Source of the DNA: Lytechinus pictus
Lineage: Eukaryota
DNA: 64,000 nucleotides
NCBI RefSeq assembly: GCF_037042905.1
Contig: NC_087245.1
Coordinates: 992,001-1,056,000 of the forward strand
Direction of reading: 5' to 3'
Made by a program: the position numbers and the translations under genes. This document shows positions 13,939 through 26,719 of the stretch, piece by piece. Position 1 is the first letter of the stretch, and every line of letters starts with the position of its first letter. The notes beneath the pieces are model-generated. The model did no database searches, was not told the DNA's origin, and worked only from the letters and a program-made list of their open reading frames with translations.

Positions 13939-16376
13939 GCCCAGCTCAATTAATGGAATGGTCTTTACCACTACAAACATTGGCAGGATATAATTTGGCA
14001 ACACGAAAAACTTTCATAGCAATACTATGACTGTATCAGGCTTTATCAACGTTCTTGAAGGCTTTCGTAATATGATCTCCAGGCTTGCAGCCATTGTTAT
14101 TGGCTTTGTTCCTTGACATCCTTGCCAAGTTTTCACCAGATTGCACCTGTCTTCCGTCGATAGCAAACTAGTGGACAGTAGACCGATGACTGATGTATGA
14201 TTTCTCTACAACCAGACGACATATGGATTTATTATGACTACCTCTCATTTTTCACCATTGCCAATGACTCAGACATTGAATGGCTACTTTAACTGCACAG
14301 TGCAATAGCTACCCGCCCATCCAATATTCCCATGTAAGATGAAACGTGCATAATAATTGACAGTGTCGATGTCTTATGAAAATAGAGTAATTTCTAATAA
14401 TCAACCATTATACAAGCCAAGTACCCCCCTCCCCTTAAGAAACTTGAAACTGTGCCATGATCCTTTATCTCAAAGATAAAAAAAACGTTGACATTGAATT
14501 ATTGACTTGATGTTGGTACTTGGTAAGGCACATTGACCGTCCCATAATTATTTTAGTGGCGTAAAACATATTATTCAACAGACGAGCAATCAAGTCGATC
14601 GTTTCATCTGCAATATAAATTATTTGAGATGAATGTGAAGATAAACTAACGGAGAAACCAACGCAAAATGTGCGATGACTTTTAAACTTGTTCTTGGAAT
14701 TGATAACTGTGCTCGATACATGAAAATCACAACACACCTATCATAGAGCCGTACATACTAGCATCCAATCTTTACCCATAACATGTACAACTACAAGGGT
14801 GGGAAATGAAAAACATGTTTAGGAATACATGTTTCTATAATGTAATAATAAAACAATCTCACCCACAGTAAAAAACAAGTCTAACCTTTTCAACGACTTA
14901 TCTATCCGTTGTACTTCGGTATAGATCAAAATGAAAGGGTTCACGTCGGTTATGAGTCTTCAGGCAATATTGGCATTCACATTTGAAGGTTTGATTGTCA
15001 TAGTAGTGTTGAGGGTAAGCCCATCGAGACAGTCTGAGCTTACAAAGTGCAAGAACGAGTTCCCTCGGCCTGTGAACTGTTAGGCTCCTTTCTCCAGGGA
15101 TGTAGAATTGGCGGGATTTCGACTTCAGGAGAGCTATGAGAGCGAAGGGATTGCTTATGAATAATGCGTGGTATATTAAATCCGTCAGCTCGGCGGTCAA
15201 CCACCCTCACTTACCAAACCTCTGTATACATCGTTGATCATAATTCATGAATACGATTTATTTCTGTGTTGGTCTGATAATTTGTCAAAATACTATATAT
15301 ATGTGTTTAGTCAAGTCGAAAATGCGTGGATATTTTTATTTTTACACTTGGTTAAATTATTTTATGTCAAAAGAAAATTGTAAGTTTAATAATAATAATA
15401 ATGATAATAATCATAATAATGATAATGATATTGTTATCTTGCAACAAACGAACGATGTTGATTTTTTCTATCCCCCAAAATGTTTCTCATCCTCTGCCAA
15501 ATATATTTTGTAATAAAACAGATATTAAGCGGAAAAAGAACAATGAATCGTCTTAGGTGTTCAAGGTATTATAGAGAAATGGGTAAACTATTTTCAATGT
15601 TCCATGTAGAGGTTGCTATGCCTCAGTTGTGCTGAACTGACAGTATTTGTATGTCAATGATTTGAGTTGAATAGATAGTTATTAATATCTGTAGTCTATA
15701 GGCACTATTCTACGGTACCTTGGTCTGTTTTTTTTTCCGTTTCACCTATCACCTGCTCCCCGATTTCCATCCGTTCTCATCAGACCGTTGTACCGTGCCG
15801 ACAAACTGAAAATAGGCATTGGTCAGCAAAGTTTCCTGAAACCATGGAGATGGGAAAATGGTGAAACTAAAACCTTAGAGGAACTCTATGGGTGAAACTT
15901 AATGTACAGCACGTGAGACAAAGTCATGATTTTCGACATCGTGAGTGACAAGATATTCCACAATAGGAAATGGAGACAGATAGATAAACTTGGAAGAAAA
16001 AAAAGATAGACTTTGATATAGCCTGTAGACTAGGGAGTGAGGAAGAGAATGGGATGATGAGTCCACGAATTTGTTTGGGTTTTTTTACCGTATAAAAATG
16101 ACGGCAATGCATAATGCAAAAGTTAAAAATAATTGCGAATATTTAGCTTAATATAAATGATTTAAAAATATACGGATGAATTAATCTATTCAGAGCCATG
16201 AACAGAGAGCTGAAAGCAATTCAAGAGTGTGGACAGAAAAGGGTGATGTGTAGAAACGTGAATATCTATCTCACGCCTCGAGAGAAGAGAGTGAGATGTA
16301 GGAAAACCATCAAATATAAAAAATTAGGAGATTATGAAGGGCACAACGATATGTAATACCGTGAGAAGAGAAGGTA

Positions 16377-16614
16377 CACTCTAAAAAAATTATTGGGTAA
16401 AAGTGCTCTATGAGGGTAATGTGTCCAACCAACATTAAGCTCTTCTTTTGGGCATTCTTATTTATCCAGTGTGATGAAAAATTTGCCCATTCTAACGTAA
16501 AATTTTGCAACTTACTGGACAATATGCTTCCCGCATTGGGTAAAATACTGCCCCAAATCGGTTGGACACATTATTACCCTCATGGTGGTAATTTTCCCAA
16601 TATTTTGTACAGTG
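16377..16614. mobile_element. MITE with CACT termini and TA target duplication
   Basis: TA|CACTCTAAAAAAATTATTGGGTAAA ... TTTTCCCAATATTTTGTACAGTG|TA. Internal inverted atgagggtaatgtgtccaac / gttggacacattattaccctcat. Confidence 0.75.
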
Positions 16615-17076
16615 TAGTTGATAGAGGGCAGAGTGTCACAATGATAATCTATCAATTTTATTTCAAGTCTGATCTTCTAGTATTATACCCAACGTTTTGT
16701 ATCAGACGTCTTGACCTTCCCGCTTAGGGCACGGTAGATGTGGAGTAATTAATTACTGGTGTAGGGAGATGATTACAAGAGATACGTTACGGACTGTCTG
16801 ATCAGCTTACGATACCGTGTCTATCCCCCACCGCGGTCATTCCGAACCCCTACCGAAATCATACCGAGTTCTTTTAAAGATCATGCCAAACCCCTTGCTG
16901 AGATCACACCGAGATCACGCCGAGGGTATGTCGAGATGGGCTATTTGTCAAAAAGACAGTATCAAGCAAACGGCATGTCCATTCAGATTAAACTTAGATT
17001 ATGAAGAACGATGTAGTGTTTCGTAGTACAAAATGTGTTAATTGAATACAAGAATAATTGTGCGCACCAATTTATA

Positions 17077-17877
17077 CAGTGCGTCCCAGAAAAAACGAAA
17101 CCGAGATTTAGCGATGATTTATCATAATTTAATCACAAATAAAATAGACAAATGACCTACCAATGTAAAGCTTAGAATCTCCTCTTTCATCTGGTATTAC
17201 TTAGATTATTTCTCCTTCACGCATGAGTGAGCAAAAACAATTTGAAGAAAGGATAACAAAAACTCATTTGGCGGGGGGTATCTGAATTTCAACAAGAAAA
17301 TCACATGTCTTAAAAGTTCAATATCTGCTCTTTAATTTGATACCTCAATTACAGAAAATGGTCAAGAAATAACAAAGTTCTTGTTATTTGAAATAAGGCT
17401 TGAATTTCCATAATTTCATTAAATAAACTGTTTTCACCGGTTTCCCACAGAAGCTATCGCATCGTTATGGCTGATCGTAAACAAAACGGAGTGTCGACTG
17501 AGTTTGAACGCTAGCCTGTAAAACTCTTCATTTTATGAAATTATTGAAATTCAAGCCTTATTTCAAATAACCAGAACTTTGTTATTTCTTGACCATTTTC
17601 TGTAATTGAGGTATCAAATTAAAGAGCAGATATTGAACTTTTTAAAAATGTGGTTTTTCTTTTGAAAGCCAGATACAACCCGCCAAATGACTTTTTGGTA
17701 TCCCCTCTTCAAATTGTTTTTGCTCACTCATGCGTGAAGGAGAAATAATCTAAGTAATTGCAGATGAAAGAGGAGATTCTAAGCTTTACATTGGTAGCTC
17801 ATTTGTCTATTTTATTTGTGATTAATTTATGATAAATCATCGATAAATCTCGGTTTCGTTTTTTCTGGGACGCGCTG
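17077..17877. mobile_element. Tc1/mariner-type foldback MITE (801 bp) with ~350-bp inverted arms
   Basis: TA|CAGTGCGTCCCAGAAAAAACGAAACCGAGATTTA ... TAAATCTCGGTTTCGTTTTTTCTGGGACGCGCTG|TA. Arms ~17077-17427 and ~17527-17877. Confidence 0.92.
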
Positions 17878-19779
17878 TATATCAGAAATATTTTGTATTC
17901 AAGGGCTTCATATGGTCTCTTTTTACTTTTGAAATCAATAGTCATATTATTTCTTCGATTATATTATTTTGAAAAAATGAACGCAGCAAGAGAATCAATA
18001 TTTCATAAACGCGATTATAAAAATCAAAACGGAAAGGGAGCCTGTTATCTTCGTTAGATCGAAACTTATTATTTTTGGTATACATGCGATTCACTAAAGA
18101 GTGCTTTGGTTGCTCTCAATGATATGAACTATTTCGGACAGCATTTGCGACTGGACAAAAAATGCATTTGAACCATAAATCTATCATGGCATTGCCAATT
18201 TGCAAAGTGTGTAATGTGTAAGGAGTAGATGGTAAGGAAATCAAGGATGATGTTACTTTCCGAGGTTAGCCTTAAGGTTAGACATGCTGACTGACGATTC
18301 TTAGATTGCAACCGGTGTGCTGTTACTACCCTCAGGGAAACCTTCCCAGAAGGCTTAGTACTTCCTGCCCTGCCTAACCTCCTTTTCAGACTTCAAGAAT
18401 GATTGTCTGGATACTGTTATGGCTACAGTCATGTCGCGTCTCACTTGCAAAGTGCAGTGATCAATTATTGAAACATGTGAAAATATAGTAGTAGAATAAA
18501 ATAATAATAATACTACTTAATAAATTAAAATAACTGGAGAATATGAGCCTTGTATCAACTGAACTGCCACCATTATCCCTACCACGCTCTATTCACCCTC
18601 GCGCTTATTCTCTCACCCCCCTCTCCCCCTCAATCTTTCGATTGATACCTAAGGTCAAAGTGTAAGTTGGGACCCTAGAAGATGATAGTCTATAGGAATT
18701 TATTTCTTTTGGTCACATTTCCTTATCCTGTTCTCTTAGATTTACATCACGAATTGATTTAATTAGCAGTGTCTGACAGAAGGTGGATGACATTAAGCAA
18801 CATTATTTGTTTTAGAGTTCTTATGTGTAAAGCATGTATGACTTGGGAATTCTTTAGAACGGGGATAGGGAGGCATTGCTGAGATGACCTTTAGTAATTG
18901 TCAGCCAAGTATTTCATTCATTTTACGTTCGTGTACCGAAGAATTAGTACATCGCTAAATTGAAATTTAATATGTTAAAATCAACATTCTCAAAATATTC
19001 AATTAACAAATTTGAACTTTAATTCCTGATTCTCGTAAAAGGGATTTTACAATCACGTGTATCACCATAAAAATTTGGTATGGTATATGTTTTTGTCTCG
19101 CACACATCGTACCCATATACTTAGTCCGTGTGTTCTGACATTTGAGTGCATTGATCAATACAATGTCGCATATGGGAAAAATTGGAAGCTTTTCTGATTT
19201 TGTTGAAGGTTTCTTTTTTGTTGTCAAGTATATTTAAATTCAGGTGAAGAATCATCGAGTTTCGTGGCCTTAGTACTGGTACCAAACCAAAAAGTGGATA
19301 AGAGGAAGACTTGTTATTAATGGGTTTTCAGAAAGGTCAAGTACATGGATGTCAGATTTTGCTGTCTAATGGCTCTTTATTCTTGGTCTATCCATGGTCT
19401 ATCAGAAAAGGAGGTAATTGTGTTGAGATTATTGGCGTATCTCATCTCCCATCACCGTATGAAGGAAACCAACCACTTTGGGATTCTCCAGAGGGAGTGT
19501 TGTTTATTGATGGTGACGCTGTCATTCAATGGATTGCTGCGAGGCGGACGGAAGAAGATGGATGTGCCAATTATGTTACGTACCCCCCCCCCCACACACA
19601 CACAAATCAAATTTAATTTCTGACATGTTTAAGTCTATCCCTATCCTCCTGAAACAATTAAATTATGGCGAGTACGTTATGTACATCACAATTCGTATGC
19701 TTTTTAAAGATTTTTCAGTGAACATCACGTTCTGCATTCTTTATTCTTTGATTCGATTTGAGATCTTCAACAAACATGT

Positions 19780-20390
19780 TTATTTGTTTGTTTTATTTTT
19801 CATCATGCATAACAAAAATAAATTAACAGAATATAGTGTTACATTGATGATACATAGTAGGAACTAAGAATAAAAAATATATATTTGAAGCGCAGAGTCC
19901 CTTGAATAACATAGGTTAGTAAATAAAACATTGCTTGAAATAAGCATTCATTAAACAAAAATTAAAACAAAAGCTAAAAATGCCCCTCTAGCATGTTAAG
20001 GTATAGACATTATTTGCATCTTGAATGAAATAAGAAAAACATCATCATCATCGACCTCAGTCATAAAAAGTACTTGAAAAAAATATCATTTACAGAAGTC
20101 TGAGAGAAATAAATCCTTCATATTCTTCTTGAATGATAAAACATTGTTACATATTCGTATACATAAAGGTAATTAATTCCAAAACTTAGGTCCTTCATGT
20201 CTTATAGATTTATGAGCTAAGGTACTCCTCGGATTGAACAGATGAAAATCAAATGAATGTCTAGATGGATGGCTATGAATGTTCCTATTTAAAGTAAAGT
20301 CATCGCACAAAGTAATTCTTTTTTATTAAAGCGATACATAAAAAGTGCAATATGCATTATATGAATATCAGTAATTTTCAATATTTTAAG
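19780..20390 (-). mobile_element. CR1/Crack-group LINE 3' fragment (degenerate)
   Basis: Minus strand translates LKILKITDIHIMHIALFMYRF...NRNIHSHPSRHSFDFHLFNPRSTLAHKSIRHEGPKFWN*LP...SFKKNMK, a typical ORF2 C-terminus. Confidence 0.75.
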
Positions 20391-21189
20391 TCTACAAAAG
20401 AGAGGATTTGCTTCAATATAATTGAATTCATGTATGGTTGGTGATGTGAAAGTGTCACAACTCTATAGAATGAGGAAAACATAATGATGAAAAAGAATGA
20501 GACTCTAAACAGTTGACGTATTCCTCCGTCGTGTAATGCTCTTGGCTGTTTAGGCTTCCTAGACACAGACAAGTTTAAAAACTGGCGCCTCTAACACGGC
20601 GCCACCTTAGTGACGTGACGCTGTTGTGGCATTTACAATAGCCAACTCTCTTCATAAAAAGACAAGAAAGAAACGCTGAGCAGGGTCAATGTAACTTGTT
20701 TTTCTGAAGCGTTTTTGACTTTCCTATCACATTGATTGACTTGTTTACGTTACTCTTTGTTTCTTAATGCTGGATAATCCGTTCATTACTTAAACTAGTG
20801 GTTTTGGATGCTACCTGACATTTTATGTACTTGTGAGTCTTTAGCAGTAATAGTTGTAAACTCTCGTTTTGAGTTATTTTGCACCTAACCTGGATTTAGT
20901 CAGTAGGCTTTTAATGCAAAATAATTGTATTTTAATGTCATGTAATAAGTTTTAGACATTTATTTTGTTAAACTTAGTTATTGGCGTATTGCAATTACAT
21001 TTCTATGTATTGACTCTTTTCTGATGAAATGTATTTTACTATAGTTATGCAAACATCACTTCTGTTTTACCATTTCTTTGTACTAGCAAAATGAAAACAT
21101 AATATTACTGATAAACCGTATGGACACGAACACACTTCAACTAATATATTTTATTTACACTTCCACATATTTGTTTTTCTCCACTCAAG

Positions 21190-21204
21190 CTCCATAGAAG
21201 TGAA
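21190..21204 (+). CDS. Candidate 15-nt microexon (LHRSE) of the SOGA/MTCL-like gene
   Basis: Pyrimidine tract tttgtttttctccactcAAG, then CTC CAT AGA AGT GAA, then perfect GTGAGT donor at 21205. Branch-like aCTAAT near 21140. Frame-preserving and open in phase 0. Confidence 0.45.
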
Positions 21205-22520
21205 GTGAGTTCATAATAATTCAATAATTCTGTGTTTTGTGAGCGTCGCGTGATATTTTTTCTTTTTAATTTCATTCTTTATTATGATTTGAATGTATTT
21301 AGATGCTTGATAGCGTCTAAGCCAGCCTTTTGTTTTGCTGTTAATAGACACTGGTTCAATATTTCAAGTGCCACATTTTTTTTTTTCATAAGTGAATTTT
21401 CCGATGCATATGTTTGTTATTTCATTGATAAATCATTTTGTTGATGTAGACTGTCCTTTAGTTTTTCTAAGTTTCATTTTGTTTGAACATCGATAGCAAT
21501 CACCGTGCGTTTCATTCATCGTGCTACCATTTTGGCTACGGCTACATGTTTTAATGTCTCGCATTATTTGTCATATTTTTTGCCACGTTTCCATTCTTTC
21601 AATCATCTGTGATTTGGTCTTAACATTAAATTAACATTGGAGCGTACAGTATGTTAATAAACAGTAAACATTTTACTGTTTGTATTTGTTTTCTCTATCA
21701 TTTCTTATGTCGTTAATACAAACATAGTTCGTATATGAAATGTCCAAGGCCACACTATACATGCTTAGCAGTATTTACATTCAGTTGAACAAAGAATAAA
21801 TACCTGTAACCAAATTTCTTGAATCTCTTATAAGGGCGCAATATTTCATGTGACAAATTATAGAGAAACTAAAACAAAATAATTATACCGCGTACCGTTG
21901 AAGAAAATCCATATCATTTTAGTTTTGGCCGGAAACCTTTACATTCATGCCGCCTTCTCCCGTTTCTATGCAACCTTTTACTTTATTCATATAAATTAAT
22001 TTTTGTCCTTGTGATCTTTCGTGTGTTGAATAATTTCGCTTGGTTTTCGATGTTTTTGTTCATGTCGGTGTGTAGCCTAATAACCTCTTACAACAGATTC
22101 TTGTTTTATTCTTCCCTTTTTTAACACATTATGTTACTTGTTTTGAATGCCTGTTTTCTGTTCTCTATTTTTCATCAAAGTAATTCAGTAAAGAAATCAA
22201 ATGTTATAACCTTTGAAAAGCACTCAACTTTTGTTTCATATTTTTCTTTCACATCTACTCAGGTTTAGTTTTAAATAACATAAAACATCGATTTTCTGAG
22301 AAATATGATAATTTGAGATTAAACGTGTGTTATCATTTCAAGCTATTTTTGTAATTGAGACGTTATAACTTGTTTTAATCGCTACATTTGACACTGATGT
22401 TTTATCGCACTCTTGGAATTATTTCCTTTTTTTCTTGTGCATGCATGTTATAAAGATCACTCTTATTATCGTCTTTCTTATATGTTTGTATCCGTTTCTT
22501 TTTCTTCTTTTTTTTAAAAG

Positions 22521-22586
22521 GTGGAATTCCTTCAGCGCAAATTTGCGCAAGAGTCAGATGCAAAATCCGAAGAAATAAAAGAGAAG
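22521..22586 (+). CDS. SOGA/MTCL1-like: 66-nt coding exon VEFLQRKFAQESDAKSEEIKEK of the SOGA/MTCL-like gene (not in ORF track)
   Basis: Strong pyrimidine tract ending tttttaaaAG (22519-20), open phase-0 frame rich in E/K, donor AAG|GTTGGT. Phase matches the next exon at 26290. Confidence 0.75.
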
Positions 22587-25222
22587 GTTGGTCGTTGCAT
22601 GCTAGGATGCCAATCACGTGACCCTAGTACTGAGCATGCGCAATTCCACATAGAATTAGACAGATTGATACCTCATCCTTAGCCGTCATTGTTTGGATAA
22701 TTATGACCATAAGAAAGTACTAACCATGTCAACTATTTCTAGGAGTATTAGTGTTTGGAAGTATAATTTTATTCACAATTTCATGAGTGCATGTTGAAGT
22801 ATTTCTAGCTTAATTGAGTTACTGTTTTATTAACAATTCATTGTAGACATACGTTAGACTATTTACTAATTCATGATACAAAGGATATGACTGTCATCGA
22901 TGGAAATCTGCTGGAATATAATGTAAGCAAAAATAAAACATACAACTGAAACAAACCGAAATGAATGGAAAACAAATATGAAAATCTTAATGATTAAAAT
23001 GACTTTGGAACTGTTCTTTGTATCACTCTCTATCTGAAACATGATTGGGCGCTCACATATTTCGGAATTATTATTTTTTCTAATTTCATATCTGATACAA
23101 GAAGATCAATAAACCTATCCCAATTACTTTTATTGAGTGCACATAAATTTTATAACCTACTAAAAGGTCGGATATTATTAATAATGCATGCCGCTTCTAC
23201 ATATTGAATTTATTTTTTCTTAACACAAAATGGAATACAGACTTTGTATTTGAAGACAGGATTTCAGGAATTTACTTACTACTTTAATCAAAGTTATCGT
23301 CCGTGATAGTTTCGATTATTGCTTACGTTCTATATCGAACAACGTATATAAGTACATAGATTATCACCTTATAATCATGTTATGATCATCTGATTTAATT
23401 AACTTTTACCACTCGTGAGCAATTGAATTCAGAAGGCTTTTAAAAAGCTGAATCTTTAGAGAAGGATGTGATGAGGGATTTCCCCCGATGAAATCGAAAA
23501 ATATAACTTTTAAAAACCCGAAATATCTGAATTATAGTTATGCTAACATGCATGTATTACGAACGCGTACATTGAGATAATCTATTATTGTAATAATAAT
23601 TGATTTGGACAAAAAAAACTGTATATTCGACAAAATACAGCCTAACGAGGTCAATGTCATAATTATAGCAACGTGCCCCGATGAGAAATGAGGTCGAATG
23701 GAATTCCTCTTGTACAAATTAACAACATTGAACCATCATAAGAAACGTTAAATGCTATCTCCTAAAATATCTTAATCTAGTTTAATTCTCCGTTTGTCTC
23801 TGATTTCCTTAAAGCGCCGCATCCAGTTGAACAAGACCGGATTTAATGATGATGTAATTTTTAAATTATCAGCGTCAAAATTAATAATGATAGTGATATT
23901 CTAAATATATTATTTCCGGTTGATTTATCTTTGCTCTTTCTTAATGCCAGGTCGAAAAATGAAAATTAGTCATTTTTAAATGAACCGTGTGACAAATAAA
24001 GCGGGAATGTTCCCCCAGCTTATTTATGTTATTGCTATTCACGATTGGACATTGGATTTTAATTTGAATCAGTCGCGTACAGATAGGGGCGTGTATACCA
24101 AAAAAACTTTTCACCACCAAAGGGAAAAGATGAAAAATTATACTTTTTTCTGAATATTATATCAAAATGTATCACAACATTAGATTTTGTCAATTTAAAT
24201 GTTCCTTTTTGCGCGCTCGCTTCGCTCCCTCGCGGCATTTTAGAAATTTCACCCAATACGCCGTGTCTTGCTCCCCCGTCAAATGTTTGGCTCATTACTT
24301 TACTAATAATTGTTTTAGAAAATAGGCCTTTATACATTCTAAATATAACGAGGAATTTTTGGAGAGTAAGCGTGTGTTTTTTTTTTTCAAAATCGAAGCT
24401 ACACATGGTAAATATAAATGAAATCCACACCATCAGAAGACAGATTTGATTTTGTGTTGGTGTTTTTCTTCGATCGTTTACAATATAAATTTCTCTGAGT
24501 CAGTTGATAGCCCCTATATTTAAAATGTGTTTTTATGACGATATTATCAAATTTAACACACACACTCTCTTATTTGAATTTCGTAATGAAAATAATTAAA
24601 ATGTTTCGTTCCCCTTTTTCAGTTAGTTTCACGTTGCGTTGGATCACTTCAATTATTTTGCATGTACTAATTGAATTGTTTCCATGAAGAATGCATCCCT
24701 GCTAACCCATTTTTTTTCTTTGTGTGAGTTTATTCATGTTTGTTTAGTCCATAATAACTAACAATTATTGTTTTCTCCATTTCCCCCTTAGGACAGTTTA
24801 GGTGGATCATCTTGGTTTAAGAGAAACAATATATTTTCTTCATAAGTCTAATATTGTGAATAATATCGATTTTTTATGTTTTTACTTTGACATGAATGAG
24901 CCTTCATCTCTATTCAAACTATATTTCTGTTTCTAACCCAAGCAAAATATTCATTGGAAAATGTTTACTTTCCTCAGTATATTGAAAGTTCAGGAGCATA
25001 TTCATGATATTTAATAGTGGGTCCATCAATTAACACATTTCAAGCGTCTTTAAAAAACCTTTATCCGATAATTTAGCGTGAATCGTAATGAATTTTGTGA
25101 AAGAGAAACATGACATAGTTCGGCCTAAATAGTATTACATAATAGTACACCTCTGTAATGTACATTTCCCACATTTATTTTTTAATCACAAAAGCTCGAT
25201 AATAACTTTCTAAGTACTCATT

Positions 25223-26119
25223 AGGCGGTGCTGCACCATCCCGAGTTTGCTCAATCTCGAGATTTTAGCCCGATCAGCCCTCTTCGCGATTAATCTCGAG
25301 ATTCAAGAAACCCCGTCTGCACCATCCCACGAGGAGCTATATCTGCTCGAGCGAGGCAACAAGCCCGACATTCCGGGCATGCGCACTTTCGGATCTTGGA
25401 GTTTCAACGGCCCGCGCTTTTGAATAACTTCCCGCGATATGCAAGCAATGAACTCCTTTCACTAGTACTTTCGCCGAATTCAACCGGTGTTATGCAACAA
25501 TCCTTTCAGCTCAGCGAGTGAAGAAGTGATGTATTCTTCGTGAAATATGATGGCGGAGTAGGAGGCAACGACAGAGAGAGAGAGAGAGAGGGAGAAGGAG
25601 GAAAGAAATGCTATTTGCTCACATTTTGCGAAGGAATAAGACAACACTGCTGTCAGTGTTGTTATTGAATATGACCATCGTCGATGCGATGAGCGCCTCC
25701 CCCTTCGGTCTGGTCTCTCCCGGGGTCTCTCCCAAAATCCATTCACTGGTGGGGACTCCATCGTTGCTTATGAACGCTATTCGCATGTATAAAGTTGACT
25801 TTCGCACGTGTTTATGTTTTGACCAAGGCGGAAGTGGAACGCGAATTGCATTATGGACTGACGTCATGAATAAATTACCCCGAGTCCAATCTCGAGTGCG
25901 TCTGCACCGACGAATTAGCGGGATAATTCGTAAAATAGCGCGCTATTTTGCAAATAAACCCGAGTTGACTTGGGATTGCAATCTCGAGATTAATCCTACG
26001 AACTAGCGCGATAATTGCGTCTGCACCGCCAACTATCTCGAGATTTTTCAGATCGGGATAATTTGCCGGATCAGAAATAGCGCGCTAATTTGAAACTTCG
26101 GGATGGTGCAGACGGCCCT
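25223..26119. mobile_element. Non-autonomous DNA transposon, PIF/Harbinger-like (3-bp target ATT)
   Basis: ATT|AGGCGGTGCTGCACCATCCCGAGTTT ... AAACTTCGGGATGGTGCAGACGGCCCT|ATT. Repeated subterminal ATCTCGAGAT and GTCTGCACC motifs. GC-richer than flanks. Confidence 0.82.
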
Positions 26120-26289
26120 ATTGTAATGTAGCTGTTGCAAAACTTATAAAATTCGAATTTCATTTATAGTTTTGTACCCTGAAGATAGTATATACTTTTG
26201 TCTTACTTAGTATCTTCTGTGTTTAAAATGCTGGAATAGAAACAATAATGTGAGTAAACTAATTGATTACACATTAAAACATTTACCAG

Positions 26290-26719
26290 GCTCGCCTCCT
26301 CCGATCGACATCGTCTTCCGAATCATCCTTCGAATACGACATATCTGCCTTGCTCAACGACCTCCAGGAATCAACAGAGCGCGAACGCGATCTCCAGAAC
26401 CAACTTCAACTCGTAGAAGAGGAGAGTGACGTCATACGAAAGAATCTAAATGAAGTGGAGCAGGAGAAGGAGGCCCTGGAGTTCGAACTGGAGCGGTTTA
26501 AGATGCGTTTCGGGACCCTGGAGGAGCCGAAGAGGGCGGCAGACAGTGGTAAAGGTGTGGCTTCGGAGAAGGAGGCTGAGTTAAGACTCCAGTTGATGCT
26601 TGCCGAGCAGGAGGCTACAGTGATGAGGAGGAAACTCGTGGAGCTTGAAGCAAAGAACGAGGAGCTGGAAGGAGCTTTGGCTAGACTGTCTGAACGGCTC
26701 CCAGACGATGACGACATAG
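26290..26719 (+). CDS. SOGA/MTCL1-like: Coding exon with SOGA/MTCL-family coiled-coil region
   Basis: ttaccAG|GCT acceptor (phase 0), G|GTACAT donor (phase 1). Peptides LLNDLQESTERERDLQNQLQLVEEE and SEKEAELRLQLMLAEQEATVMRRKLVELEAKNEEL resemble, from recall, the SOGA1/MTCL1 repeats (DL..QL.FAKEE; RE.EL.L.L.L.EEEA.LL.R.IVELE.EN). Confidence 0.88.

Noticed and set aside
21087..21117. Possible 31-nt exon (tactAG...C|GTATGG)
   Set aside because: It does not preserve frame and has a weak donor.
25480..26006. ORFs of 82-132 aa inside the GC-rich element
   Set aside because: No transposase or other recognisable motif. They are chance frames within a MITE.
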